DNA of 20,696 nucleotides from Propionibacteriaceae bacterium (GCA_031256725.1 JAIRQE010000028.1:1-20696); one strand, 5' to 3'; positions 1 through 11,315 are shown, counted from the first letter of the stretch. The notes: generated from the letters alone by a model not told the origin. Numbers and translations: made by a program.

Positions 1-125
1 GACCCGACCCGGCTAGAATACGGCCTCCAACGACCATAGAGAGTCGGCCTCAACCCAGAAACCCACACCACCCATTTTCATACACGAACGAACGACCGAC
101 TACCCGCGGACACGAAGGCTAGAAT

Positions 126-160
126 TAAAAATGGCGAGCCCAGATGGGACTCGCCATTTT
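126..160 (-). terminator. Rho-independent terminator downstream of rpoC (hairpin is symmetric, could act bidirectionally)
   Basis: ATGGCGAG (131-138) pairs with CTCGCCAT (150-157). An inner CCC/GGG extends the stem. On the minus strand the hairpin is followed by TTTTTAATT. It lies about 100 nt after the rpoC stop. Confidence 0.7.
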
Positions 161-256
161 AGTCTAGATCCTGCGACTGCGTTTCACTCGCGCAGGATGA
201 CGCGAAGTATCAGTCAAGCAAGATGACACGGAGTTTCACTAGCAGGATGAATCAGA
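161..256 (+). repeat. Hairpin-forming repeat element, copy A, in the rpoC 3' UTR between stop codon and terminator
   Basis: ATCCTGCG (168-175) pairs with CGCAGGAT (191-198). A second CAGGATGA lies at 243-250. The 17-mer TCTAGATCCTGCGACTG (163-179) is identical to 16258-16274. Confidence 0.75.
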
Positions 257-4315
<4,059 letters not shown>

Positions 4316-4358
4316 TCACTTTCTTCGAGTAACTTGGGTCTTTCTTGACTGAGATGGC

Positions 4359-7300
4359 TCAGACTTCTTCAATGGCGAAGGTATCCACACCAGGGCGACG
4401 TGAGAGGTCAATACCGAAGTCCTCGGCTGCCCTAAAGTCGTCTTCAGTGTCCTTCAAGTCAACGACCTGGCCATCAGATGAGAGAACCTCAACATTCAGA
4501 CACAGTGACTGCATCTCCTTGACGAGTACCTTGAAGGATTCAGGGATACCTGGTTCAGGGATGTTTTCGCCCTTGACGATGGCCTCATAGACCTTCACAC
4601 GGCCCGTCACGTCATCGGACTTGATGGTGAGCAACTCCTGGAGAGCCCAGGCTGCACCGTAGGCCTCCAGGGCCCACACTTCCATCTCACCGAAACGCTG
4701 ACCACCGAACTGCGCCTTACCACCCAAAGGCTGCTGGGTGATCATCGACACAGGGCCAGTGGAACGAGCGTGGATCTTGTCGTCAACAAGGTGGTGAAGC
4801 TTGAGCATGTACATATATCCCACGCCAATCGGCTCAGGATAGGGCTCACCGGAGCGACCGTCGAACAATCGCGCCTTACCACCAGAATTGACCAGAGTCA
4901 GGCCGTCCTGATTGGGGCGACCATGAGCCAACAGGCCAGTAATTTCGGATTCAGTAGCACCGTCGAAGACTGGGGTTGCAACGCGCTGATTCGGTTCGGC
5001 GGTATCCAACCCGTGGTCGCGCAGACGCTCAGCCCACGGCTCATCCACATTGGTGATGTCCCATCCAGACTTCGCCACCCATCCGAGATGGGTTTCGAGT
5101 ACCTGACCGACATTCATACGGGAAGGCACACCCATGGGGTTCAAGATGATGTCTACTGGGGTACCGTCCTCCAAGAAAGGCATGTCCTCTTGGGGAAGGA
5201 TCTTGGAGATAACACCCTTGTTTCCGTGGCGTCCAGCCATCTTGTCACCCACAGAGATCTTACGCTTCTGGGCAACATAGACACGGACCATTTGGTTGAC
5301 TCCTGGCGCCAACTCATCTTCGTCATCCACGCTGAATACGCGTACACCGATGATGGTTCCGGATTCACCGTGGGGAACCTTCATCGAGGTGTCACGAACC
5401 TCACGAGCCTTCTCCCCGAAGATTGCACGCAAGAGACGCTCTTCCGGTGTAAGTTCGGTTTCACCCTTCGGGGTCACCTTACCCACGAGGATGTCACCAG
5501 GGGTGACTTCAGCACCGATACGGATAATGCCGCGTTCGTCGAGGTTGCTTAGTGCCTCGTCCGACGAGTTTGGAATATCGCGGGTGATCTCCTCAGGGCC
5601 GAGCTTCGTATCACGGGCATCAACCTCATGTTCCTCGATATGGATTGAGGTGAGTACGTCATCCTGTACCAAACGCTCGGAAAGGATGATAGCGTCCTCA
5701 TAGTTAAGGCCCTCCCATGGCATGAAGGCCACGAGCAGGTTACGACCGAGAGCCATCTCGCCACGATCCGTACACGCACCATCAGCCAGAGGTGTACCCA
5801 CCTCGACATGCTGGCCTTCACGAACCAGGGGGCGCTGGTTGATACAGGTCGCCTGGTTGGAGCGCATGAACTTCTTCAACTTGTATGCAGAGTAGGTTCC
5901 GTCATCGTTGGCGATCTCAATGATGTCTGCTGACACGGAGCGTACTGCCCCAGCCTTCTCAGACAGGGTCACCTCGCCACCATCAACAGCACCACGATAT
6001 TCCATACCCGTACCCACAAGCGGAGCCTCGTTGCGGATCAGTGGGACCGCCTGGCGTTGCATGTTGGCACCCATCAGGGCTCGGGAAGCATCATCGTGTT
6101 CCAGGAAGGGGATGAGCGCGGTTGCCACGGACACCATCTGACGAGGGGAAACGTCCATGAACTGCACCTCTTCAGGCGCTACCTGGTCGACGTCCCCGCT
6201 CTTGATACGAACCAGGACTCGTTCTTCAATGAACTTGCCCTTCTCGTCCACCTTGGCGTTCGCCTGGGCGATCACGTAGCGATCCTCTTCGTCAGCAGTC
6301 AGGTACTCAACCTGATCTGTCACGTGACCCTTCTCGCATTTACGGTACGGCGTCTCAATGAAGCCGAAAGCATTCACACGGGCAAAGGATGCAAGAGAAC
6401 CAATCAGACCGATGTTTGGGCCTTCAGGAGTCTCAATGGGGCACATACGACCATAGTGGGAGGTGTGAACGTCTCGTACCTCCATACCGGCGCGGTCACG
6501 GCTCAAACCGCCAGGACCCAGGGCAGACAGACGACGCTTGTGCGTCAACACAGCCACAGGGTTGGTCTGGTCCATGAACTGGGAGGACTGGGAGGTACCA
6601 AAGAACTCACGCAGAGCTGCCACCACAGGACGGATGTTAATCAGGGTCTGAGGTGTGATGGCCTCAATATCCTGGGTGGTCATTCGATCACGAACAACGC
6701 GTTCCATGCGGGATAGGCCCGTACGCAACTGGTTCTGGATCAACTCGCCCGAGGTACGCAGACGGCGGTTCCCGAAGTGGTCGATGTCGTCAGTCTCAAT
6801 AGGAACACCGTTGATTGAGGGAACCCCATTGATCTTCTCGCGATCCTGGGAACTCTCATGCATCGCGCACAGGTAGCGGATGGTGGCCGTGATGTCTTCC
6901 TTAGTGAGGATCTGGGAATCCATCGGGAGGGTCAAACCAAGCTTCTTGTTGATCTTGTAGCGACCAACCTTGGCGAGGTCATAACGCTTGTGGTTGAAGT
7001 AGTACCCGTCGATCAACTGCTTGGCAGCCTCGCGAGCCGGGGGCTCACCTGGACGCAACTTGCGGTAGATGTCGAGCAGGGCCTCATCCTCAGTGTGGAC
7101 GTGATCCTTCTCCAGGGTGATCCTCATGGTCTCGAACTCGCCGAACTCTTCAAGAATCTCATCCTCAGTCCAGCCAAGGGCCTTGAGGAAGACTGTCACA
7201 GACTGCTTACGCTTGCGGTCTAGACGCACACCCACAGTGTCGCGCTTGTCGATCTCAAACTCGAGCCAGGCACCACGCGAAGGAATGACCTTCGCGGTGT

Positions 7301-7853
7301 AGATGTCCTTGTCTGAAGTCTTGTCTGGGGTCACCTCGAAGTAGACACCAGGAGAGCGGACCAACTGGGACACAACAACGCGCTGTGTTCCGTTGATGAT
7401 GAAGGTTGCGTCCGGTGTCATGATGGGGAAGTCTCCCATGAACACCGTTTGCTCCTTGAGCTCGCCGGTCTCATTGTTCATGAACTCGGCCTTCACGTAG
7501 AGCGCCCTACAATAGGTCGCATCACGCTCTAGGCATTCAGAGATCAGATGCTTCGGGTCCTCGAACCTCGGTTCGCGGAATGACAATGACATCGTCCCAC
7601 CAAAGTCTTCAATGGGAGAGATCTCCTCGAAGACCTCTTCAAGACCTGATTTGGGGTTGACATCATTTCTTCCCTGTTCAAGGGCATCAGCTACCTTAGC
7701 TCTCCATGCTTCGGAGCCAATAAGCCAGTCAAAGGAATCCCTTTGCAGATCGAGGAGGTTTGGCACCTCCATGGGCTCATGAATCTTCGCAAAAGACACT
7801 CGATCGGTACCAGAAATAAGATGGTTCTTCTTTGCGCTACGCAAGGCGGCCAA
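4359..7853 (-). CDS. rpoB: DNA-directed RNA polymerase subunit beta; start reassigned to TTG at 7853
   Basis: Conserved beta-subunit sequence throughout ([44 protein letters not shown]). GGAAGGA lies 6 nt upstream of TTG 7853 (minus strand ctGGAAGGAccgatcTTG). This matches, from memory, the M. tuberculosis rpoB start context (VLEGCI-LADSRQ). The ORF-track start at 7937 is also a TTG but has no SD. Confidence 0.95.
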   Translation of the reverse strand: MAALRSAKKNHLISGTDRVSFAKIHEPMEVPNLLDLQRDSFDWLIGSEAWRAKVADALEQGRNDVNPKSGLEEVFEEISPIEDFGGTMSLSFREPRFEDPKHLISECLERDATYCRALYVKAEFMNNETGELKEQTVFMGDFPIMTPDATFIINGTQRVVVSQLVRSPGVYFEVTPDKTSDKDIYTAKVIPSRGAWLEFEIDKRDTVGVRLDRKRKQSVTVFLKALGWTEDEILEEFGEFETMRITLEKDHVHTEDEALLDIYRKLRPGEPPAREAAKQLIDGYYFNHKRYDLAKVGRYKINKKLGLTLPMDSQILTKEDITATIRYLCAMHESSQDREKINGVPSINGVPIETDDIDHFGNRRLRTSGELIQNQLRTGLSRMERVVRDRMTTQDIEAITPQTLINIRPVVAALREFFGTSQSSQFMDQTNPVAVLTHKRRLSALGPGGLSRDRAGMEVRDVHTSHYGRMCPIETPEGPNIGLIGSLASFARVNAFGFIETPYRKCEKGHVTDQVEYLTADEEDRYVIAQANAKVDEKGKFIEERVLVRIKSGDVDQVAPEEVQFMDVSPRQMVSVATALIPFLEHDDASRALMGANMQRQAVPLIRNEAPLVGTGMEYRGAVDGGEVTLSEKAGAVRSVSADIIEIANDDGTYSAYKLKKFMRSNQATCINQRPLVREGQHVEVGTPLADGACTDRGEMALGRNLLVAFMPWEGLNYEDAIILSERLVQDDVLTSIHIEEHEVDARDTKLGPEEITRDIPNSSDEALSNLDERGIIRIGAEVTPGDILVGKVTPKGETELTPEERLLRAIFGEKAREVRDTSMKVPHGESGTIIGVRVFSVDDEDELAPGVNQMVRVYVAQKRKISVGDKMAGRHGNKGVISKILPQEDMPFLEDGTPVDIILNPMGVPSRMNVGQVLETHLGWVAKSGWDITNVDEPWAERLRDHGLDTAEPNQRVATPVFDGATESEITGLLAHGRPNQDGLTLVNSGGKARLFDGRSGEPYPEPIGVGYMYMLKLHHLVDDKIHARSTGPVSMITQQPLGGKAQFGGQRFGEMEVWALEAYGAAWALQELLTIKSDDVTGRVKVYEAIVKGENIPEPGIPESFKVLVKEMQSLCLNVEVLSSDGQVVDLKDTEDDFRAAEDFGIDLSRRPGVDTFAIEEV

Positions 7854-7943
7854 GATCGGTCCTTCCAGAACTCGCCAGGTGGAAAGGCATGCCTTGTGAT
7901 CATGTACACGCGTACACGAAAAGGCATGCGGAGGCAAAGTACA

Positions 7944-7972
7944 ACAATAGCCTAGGGGCGTATCAAATGCAA
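7944..7972 (-). promoter_or_regulatory. Candidate sigma-70-type promoter for rpoBC
   Basis: Minus strand reads TTGCAT (7972-7967), a 17-nt spacer, then TATTGT (7949-7944). This would give a leader of about 84 nt before TTG 7853. Confidence 0.35.
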
Positions 7973-8146
7973 GCCCCAGCTACGACAGTCTGGACGGCGT
8001 CGTCCAAGATTCAACTAGTGTACCCCGCGATCCTGGGCTTGTGTGCATTTTCTAGGTCACAATTTGGGTATAGCGAATGCTTTGAGCGCTATCTCCCTCT
8101 GCCGATCAGTGATTTTCCTGGAAGAATTATGAGTACGAAATCTTCC

Positions 8147-8449
8147 TCAACTCTTCTCCTGAACCTCGTATTCATAGGTATACGAGACGCCGTCACTAGA
8201 CGTGAAGGTCACAAGTATCTCAAAAATCATAGGGTCGTCAGCAACCGTCATCGTACATCGAACGGTCTTCCCCACCTCAATTGATATGCGATCCTCTCCA
8301 CAATCAATGCTATGCCCAGCGAGTCCGTACTGTTCTAGCTGGGTACTCACACTGTTTGCCAGGGCCTGCGGAGATTCCGTGAACCCACCCCCAGAGCAGG
8401 CACTCAAACCGAACAATAGGGCCAGGGTACAGATCACAGCACGTCTCAT
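8147..8449 (-). CDS. Small secreted lipoprotein, DUF4333-like
   Basis: Start reassigned to ATG 8449 (MRRAVICTLALLFGLSAC). This gives a signal peptide plus lipobox L-S-A-C, with AAAGGA 7-8 nt upstream. The mature part (QALANSVSTQLEQYGLAGHSIDCGEDRISIEVGKTVRCTMTV) resembles the actinobacterial DUF4333 pattern; that call is memory-based. Confidence 0.75.
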   Translation of the reverse strand: MRRAVICTLALLFGLSACSGGGFTESPQALANSVSTQLEQYGLAGHSIDCGEDRISIEVGKTVRCTMTVADDPMIFEILVTFTSSDGVSYTYEYEVQEKS

Positions 8450-8536
8450 GAGATCATCCTTTCCGGGGTCCACCCCACGCGCCTTGAAAAGCCGCGCACT
8501 GGAACTAAGCTTAGAGGAATCAGGGTTTGGTTGCGT

Positions 8537-8576
8537 ACAACGAAACAGTGGCCACCCCAAAAAGGGATGGCCACTG
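8537..8576 (-). terminator. Rho-independent terminator after rplL
   Basis: CAGTGGCCA (8546-8554) pairs with TGGCCACTG (8568-8576) as a 9-bp stem. On the minus strand it is followed by TTTCGTTGT. It lies about 30 nt after the rplL stop. Confidence 0.6.
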
Positions 8577-8605
8577 TGGTGAGTAGGTGTACCCTACCCG
8601 TGGAA

Positions 8606-8995
8606 TTACTTAACGCTAACGGTGGCGCCAGCAGCTTCGAGCTGCTCCTTAGCCTTGTTAGCAGCATCCTTGGAAACCTTCTCGATGACGACCTTCGGGG
8701 CCTCTTCAACGAGAGCCTTGGCTTCTGCCAGGCCGAGGCTCGTGAGTGCACGGACCTCCTTGATGACCTGGATCTTCTTGTCGCCAGCGGATTCGAGTAC
8801 GACGTCGAAGTCGGACTTCTCTTCAGCCTCTTCAGCCGGAGCAGCGCCACCAGGGGCAGTAGCCACGACAGTAGCGACAGGAGCAGCTGCGGTCACTTCA
8901 AATGTTTCCTCAAAGAGTTTCACAAACTCAGAGAGTTCGAGGAGGGTCATTTCCTTGAAAGCGTCAAGGAGATCCTCTTTGCTGAGCTTAGCCAT
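8606..8995 (-). CDS. rplL: 50S ribosomal protein L7/L12
   Basis: [34 protein letters not shown]... with C-terminal [14 protein letters not shown]. Start moved to ATG 8995 because GGAAGGA lies 8 nt upstream. The ORF-track ATG 9004 overlaps that SD. Confidence 0.95.
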   Translation of the reverse strand: MAKLSKEDLLDAFKEMTLLELSEFVKLFEETFEVTAAAPVATVVATAPGGAAPAEEAEEKSDFDVVLESAGDKKIQVIKEVRALTSLGLAEAKALVEEAPKVVIEKVSKDAANKAKEQLEAAGATVSVK

Positions 8996-9009
8996 GTTTG
9001 GCATCCTTC

Positions 9010-9645
9010 CTATTCTGCGGCAACTTCTGCCGGTGTTTCTTCGGCAGCGTCCGCTGCGGGGGTTGAGGCTTCAGCCTCGGGTGCCGCTTCAACGGCTGTT
9101 TGGGCGCCAGCCCCGCCAATCAGGCTTGGGTTAGCAGTGGCCGCATCCTGGAGTGCACCCATCAAACGTGCCGCTTGGGAAAGTGGCGCGGCGATCATGT
9201 ACACAGCCTTGGACAGGTTGGCCTTCATTGCTCCAGCCATCTTGGACAGCAGTACCTCACGGGATTCGAGATCCGCGAGTTTCTTGACTGTATCGGCATC
9301 CAGGACCTTTCCGTCCATGTAGCCGCCCTTGATGACCAGTGCGTGATTCTCCTTTGCGAAGTTCTTCAACCCCTTCGCAACACCAGCCACGTCTCCAGTG
9401 ATGAAGGCGATAGCTGTTGGTCCTTTCAGCTGGTCGTCGAGTCCTTCGATTCCAGCGTCTTTGGCAGCGATGAGGGTGAGAGTGTTCTTCGTGATGGAGT
9501 ACGTGGCGTCGCTTCCGAGGGAGCGGCGCAGATTCATGAGCGCCTGGACCGATAGTCCACGGTACTCAGTCAGGACGGCTGCCGACGAAGACTTGAACAG
9601 TTCGCTCAACTCTTTGACAGTAGCTTCCTTGTCTGGCCTCGCCAT
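9010..9645 (-). CDS. rplJ: 50S ribosomal protein L10
   Basis: Start reassigned to ATG 9645 ([33 protein letters not shown]), preceded by GGAAGGAG. The upstream 41 codons of the ORF-track call fall in the leader RNA. The protein has an Ala/Glu/Pro-rich C-terminal tail. Confidence 0.93.
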   Translation of the reverse strand: MARPDKEATVKELSELFKSSSAAVLTEYRGLSVQALMNLRRSLGSDATYSITKNTLTLIAAKDAGIEGLDDQLKGPTAIAFITGDVAGVAKGLKNFAKENHALVIKGGYMDGKVLDADTVKKLADLESREVLLSKMAGAMKANLSKAVYMIAAPLSQAARLMGALQDAATANPSLIGGAGAQTAVEAAPEAEASTPAADAAEETPAEVAAE

Positions 9646-9817
9646 GAGGTCTCCTTCCTGGTTACACCTAAGCCCGTTGGCTGCCATCTTGTGCCAACAA
9701 AAAAGCCCTGAACTCGCACAGGAGATCAGGGCGTACGCGTACGCTATATTCTCACCTGCGCGGGCCAATCCTGGGATTCTTCAGTTAGTACAAGCTAACA
9801 ACCGGCGGTCTTCGGCT
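9646..9817 (-). promoter_or_regulatory. rplJ 5' leader (L10-leader-type autoregulatory region)
   Basis: An untranslated stretch of about 170 nt lies between the predicted promoter and the rplJ start, and contains an intrinsic-terminator-like hairpin. An L10(L12)4-binding leader upstream of rplJ is established for this operon family. Confidence 0.5.
9699..9732 (-). terminator. Attenuator-type intrinsic terminator inside the rplJ leader
   Basis: Minus strand reads GCCCTGA-tctcctgtgcgagt-TCAGGGC followed by TTTTTTG. Plus-strand coordinates are 9705-9711 and 9726-9732 for the stem arms and 9699-9704 for the A-run. Confidence 0.55.
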
Positions 9818-9823
9818 CTAGAC

Positions 9824-9853
9824 ATTCTACGCACTGAGTACCACCGGTACCAA
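9824..9853 (-). promoter_or_regulatory. Candidate rplJL promoter
   Basis: Minus strand reads TTGGTA (9853-9848), an 18-nt spacer, then TAGAAT (9829-9824). Confidence 0.5.
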
Positions 9854-10006
9854 ATCCCCGACTAGCCTCATTTAAATATCCGGGAAGGTCTGCGTGTGCC
9901 TGACGCGAAGATGTGGACTGATGTGGGGTTACTTGGGTATGGTTGGTGGCCGTGCTTTCGGTGATCTCGGTTGTCAGACAGTCTCAACGAGGGGCCGCCC
10001 CCACGC

Positions 10007-10029
10007 TATATATGTAATATCAATATAAT
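10007..10029 (+). promoter_or_regulatory. AT-rich block with overlapping -10-like hexamers (TATATA, TAATAT, TATAAT)
   Basis: ctatatatgtaatatcaatataatg, with a perfect TATAAT at 10024-10029. There is no convincing -35. Confidence 0.3.
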
Positions 10030-10092
10030 GATAGAAACCCGCGTTTGGCGTTTTCGATATCACCTTCGCAGACCGGATGCCGGCCGCAGAGG

Positions 10093-10295
10093 AACGCTAA
10101 TGAAAACCGCCGCTTACACCGTTAAATCGAAAGTCCCCAATACTACGATTATCCGCTTGTCGAATGTCGCCTCTGGAATGGCTTGGATTCAATCCGCGCT
10201 CACTGTATCGCCAGACGAACCGATGATTGAACCCTGTTTACTCTCTACGCCAACCGTGCTCCCAATTGTCTATCGCGCGCTACGTCATTAGCGTT
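10093..10295. repeat. Perfect 11-bp inverted repeat pair separated by 181 nt
   Basis: AACGCTAATGA (10093-10103) and TCATTAGCGTT (10285-10295) are exact reverse complements. The left arm covers the start codon of the 63-codon ORF and the right arm covers its last sense codon and stop. Confidence 0.8.
10100..10291 (+). CDS. Hypothetical 63-aa protein (could instead be a non-coding structured transcript)
   Basis: ATG at 10100 is preceded by GAGGA (10089-10093) at 6-nt spacing. Translation is MKTAAYTVKSKVPNTTIIRLSNVASGMAWIQSALTVSPDEPMIEPCLLSTPTVLPIVYRALRH. I recognise no family. Confidence 0.2.
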   Translation: MKTAAYTVKSKVPNTTIIRLSNVASGMAWIQSALTVSPDEPMIEPCLLSTPTVLPIVYRALRH

Positions 10296-10305
10296 ACGCT
10301 AGAAT
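10289..10305 (+). promoter_or_regulatory. -10 element TAGAAT overlapped by a 13-bp perfect palindrome (operator-like)
   Basis: TAGCGT-T-ACGCTA occupies 10289-10301 and TAGAAT occupies 10300-10305. The last base of the hexamer is 7 nt before the G of GTG 10312, which is leaderless-mRNA geometry. Confidence 0.4.
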
Positions 10306-10311
10306 AATTGC

Positions 10312-10851
10312 GTGGATTTGCTGTTTCCTTTAGTAGATATATGGAATCTTCGCTTCATAATTCCTGTTGGCTTTTGCATCCTAATCTTCATCGTGTTCGG
10401 TATTCTTCTAGCTCTCCAACAGAGAAGAAACTCTCAAGCTAAGAGCTTCTATAACCAGAACCCTCAAGCCGCTTTCATCATTACTCCGTGCAAGAGTCAT
10501 GACGGTTGGATAAGGTGCCTATCAGTGGAGAAGGTGGATGGCCAGCGTGCCTACACCTTCGCTGATGGAGTTTCCTTGCTTCCTGGGTCACACAGTCTGG
10601 AGCTGGAATACTCGGTACTGAATCCAGGAACCAGCCGCTTCAAGACCCAACACCGCAGCACCATAACCATGTCGGTACTACCCTCAACGCGCTACCTGTT
10701 ACTCTTTGACGACGAGGGTACCAACTACTCTTTTGTGGAGTTGCCAGGCGAAGACCACCTGAGTTGGGATGACCTCCGTTCCTATCTGTCGCGCAAAACC
10801 CAAGCCGGTGAGGACATCACACGGAATGCCATCGAAACCGAACTGTTCTGA
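10312..10851 (+). CDS. Hypothetical single-pass membrane protein, 179 aa, GTG start, probably leaderless
   Basis: 540-nt ORF in an otherwise gene-free interval. It has one strong TM helix (FIIPVGFCILIFIVFGILLAL) followed by QQRRN, then a soluble domain of about 125 aa. There is no in-frame ATG before codon 121 and no SD. Composition is AT-rich relative to its neighbours. Confidence 0.6.
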   Translation: MDLLFPLVDIWNLRFIIPVGFCILIFIVFGILLALQQRRNSQAKSFYNQNPQAAFIITPCKSHDGWIRCLSVEKVDGQRAYTFADGVSLLPGSHSLELEYSVLNPGTSRFKTQHRSTITMSVLPSTRYLLLFDDEGTNYSFVELPGEDHLSWDDLRSYLSRKTQAGEDITRNAIETELF

Positions 10852-10854
10852 ACC

Positions 10855-10900
10855 AGTCCGACACTTCTGGATTAAATTCGGACTTCGTTCGATTCGTTTC
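10855..10900 (+). terminator. Weak terminator candidate after the 179-aa ORF
   Basis: AGTCCGA (10855-10861) pairs with TCGGACT (10878-10884) around a 16-nt loop, followed by the interrupted T-rich run tcgttcgattcgtttc. Confidence 0.25.
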
Positions 10901-11070
10901 AGGTTCGATATGGAGACTGGCTGAACTGTTACCACTGGCTTGGGATCTTGGCTCAATGGATCGATCTTCTATACGGAATTTCGCAACCAAAGGGTCTGCC
11001 TGATGAAAGCACCCGGATTCTGGACCTTGGCTGTGGATGCGGTTTGTCCACAGTCTTCCTTGTTCAGTAA
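10876..11070 (+). pseudogene. Truncated class I SAM-dependent methyltransferase remnant (N-terminal part through motif I only)
   Basis: This frame is open from the stop at 10873-10875 to TAA at 11068-11070 and contains no ATG. It reads ...FDSFQVRYGDWLNCYHWLGILAQWIDLLYGISQPKGLPDESTRILDLGCGCGLSTVFLVQ*. ILDLGCGCG matches methyltransferase motif I ((V/I/L)(L/V)(D/E)xGxGxG), and the frame stops right after it. Confidence 0.4.
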
Positions 11071-11262
11071 CTGCCCTAAAAGTTCACTGCAAGAACCGCC
11101 CTTCACACCGAGCCAAAACCCACCCCCACCAGAAAGGAAAACTAAAGACACCATCAAAGCGACCTGACACTACCCCTGACCTGGTTATCACCATCAGTAA
11201 ATGGTCACCCATATTAGTGTTCTCCTAATAAAGCAAGAATTGCAACCGGCAGAGGATTCTTC

Positions 11263-11307
11263 GGAAAACAGATCTGCCCCCAAACCTCCAGGCTTAGGGG
11301 CAGATCT
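11263..11307 (-). terminator. Rho-independent terminator after rplA
   Basis: AGATCTGCCCC (11270-11280) pairs with GGGGCAGATCT (11297-11307) as an 11-bp perfect stem. On the minus strand it is followed by GTTTTCC. It starts 8 nt after the rplA stop. Confidence 0.6.
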
Positions 11308-11315
11308 AGAAAAAA

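Noticed and set aside
8120-8146. GGAAGA...TCTTCC hairpin right after the lipoprotein stop; also ATAGCG...CGCTAT at 8070-8092
   Set aside because: These are 6-bp stems with 11-15-nt loops and no U-tract on the minus strand. This is not convincing for a terminator.
9646-9768. ORF-track N-terminal extension of rplJ (41 extra codons); similar extensions for rplL (8996-9004), the lipoprotein (8450-8560), nusG (13449-13487) and rpoB (7854-7937)
   Set aside because: The internal starts match family N-termini, or a signal peptide in the lipoprotein case. They have SD motifs at correct spacing. The extensions run through leader, terminator or SD sequences.
9971-10291. Full 106-aa ORF-track call
   Set aside because: Its 5' part runs through the AT-rich promoter-like block and has no SD. 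Only the internal ATG 10100 with GAGGA is a plausible start, and even that is low confidence.
10093-10851. Retron hypothesis: inverted repeats flanking about 180 nt followed by a downstream ORF
   Set aside because: The downstream 179-aa ORF is a small single-pass membrane protein with none of the reverse-transcriptase motifs (no YxDD box), and no RT gene exists elsewhere in the window.
10699-11228. ORFs 10699-10956 (-), 10940-11167 (+), 10969-11157 (-) and 11037-11228 (+)
   Set aside because: These are mutually overlapping frames with no SD and no recognisable family. They overlap the 179-aa ORF or the methyltransferase remnant, whose own frame is the only one with a recognisable motif.
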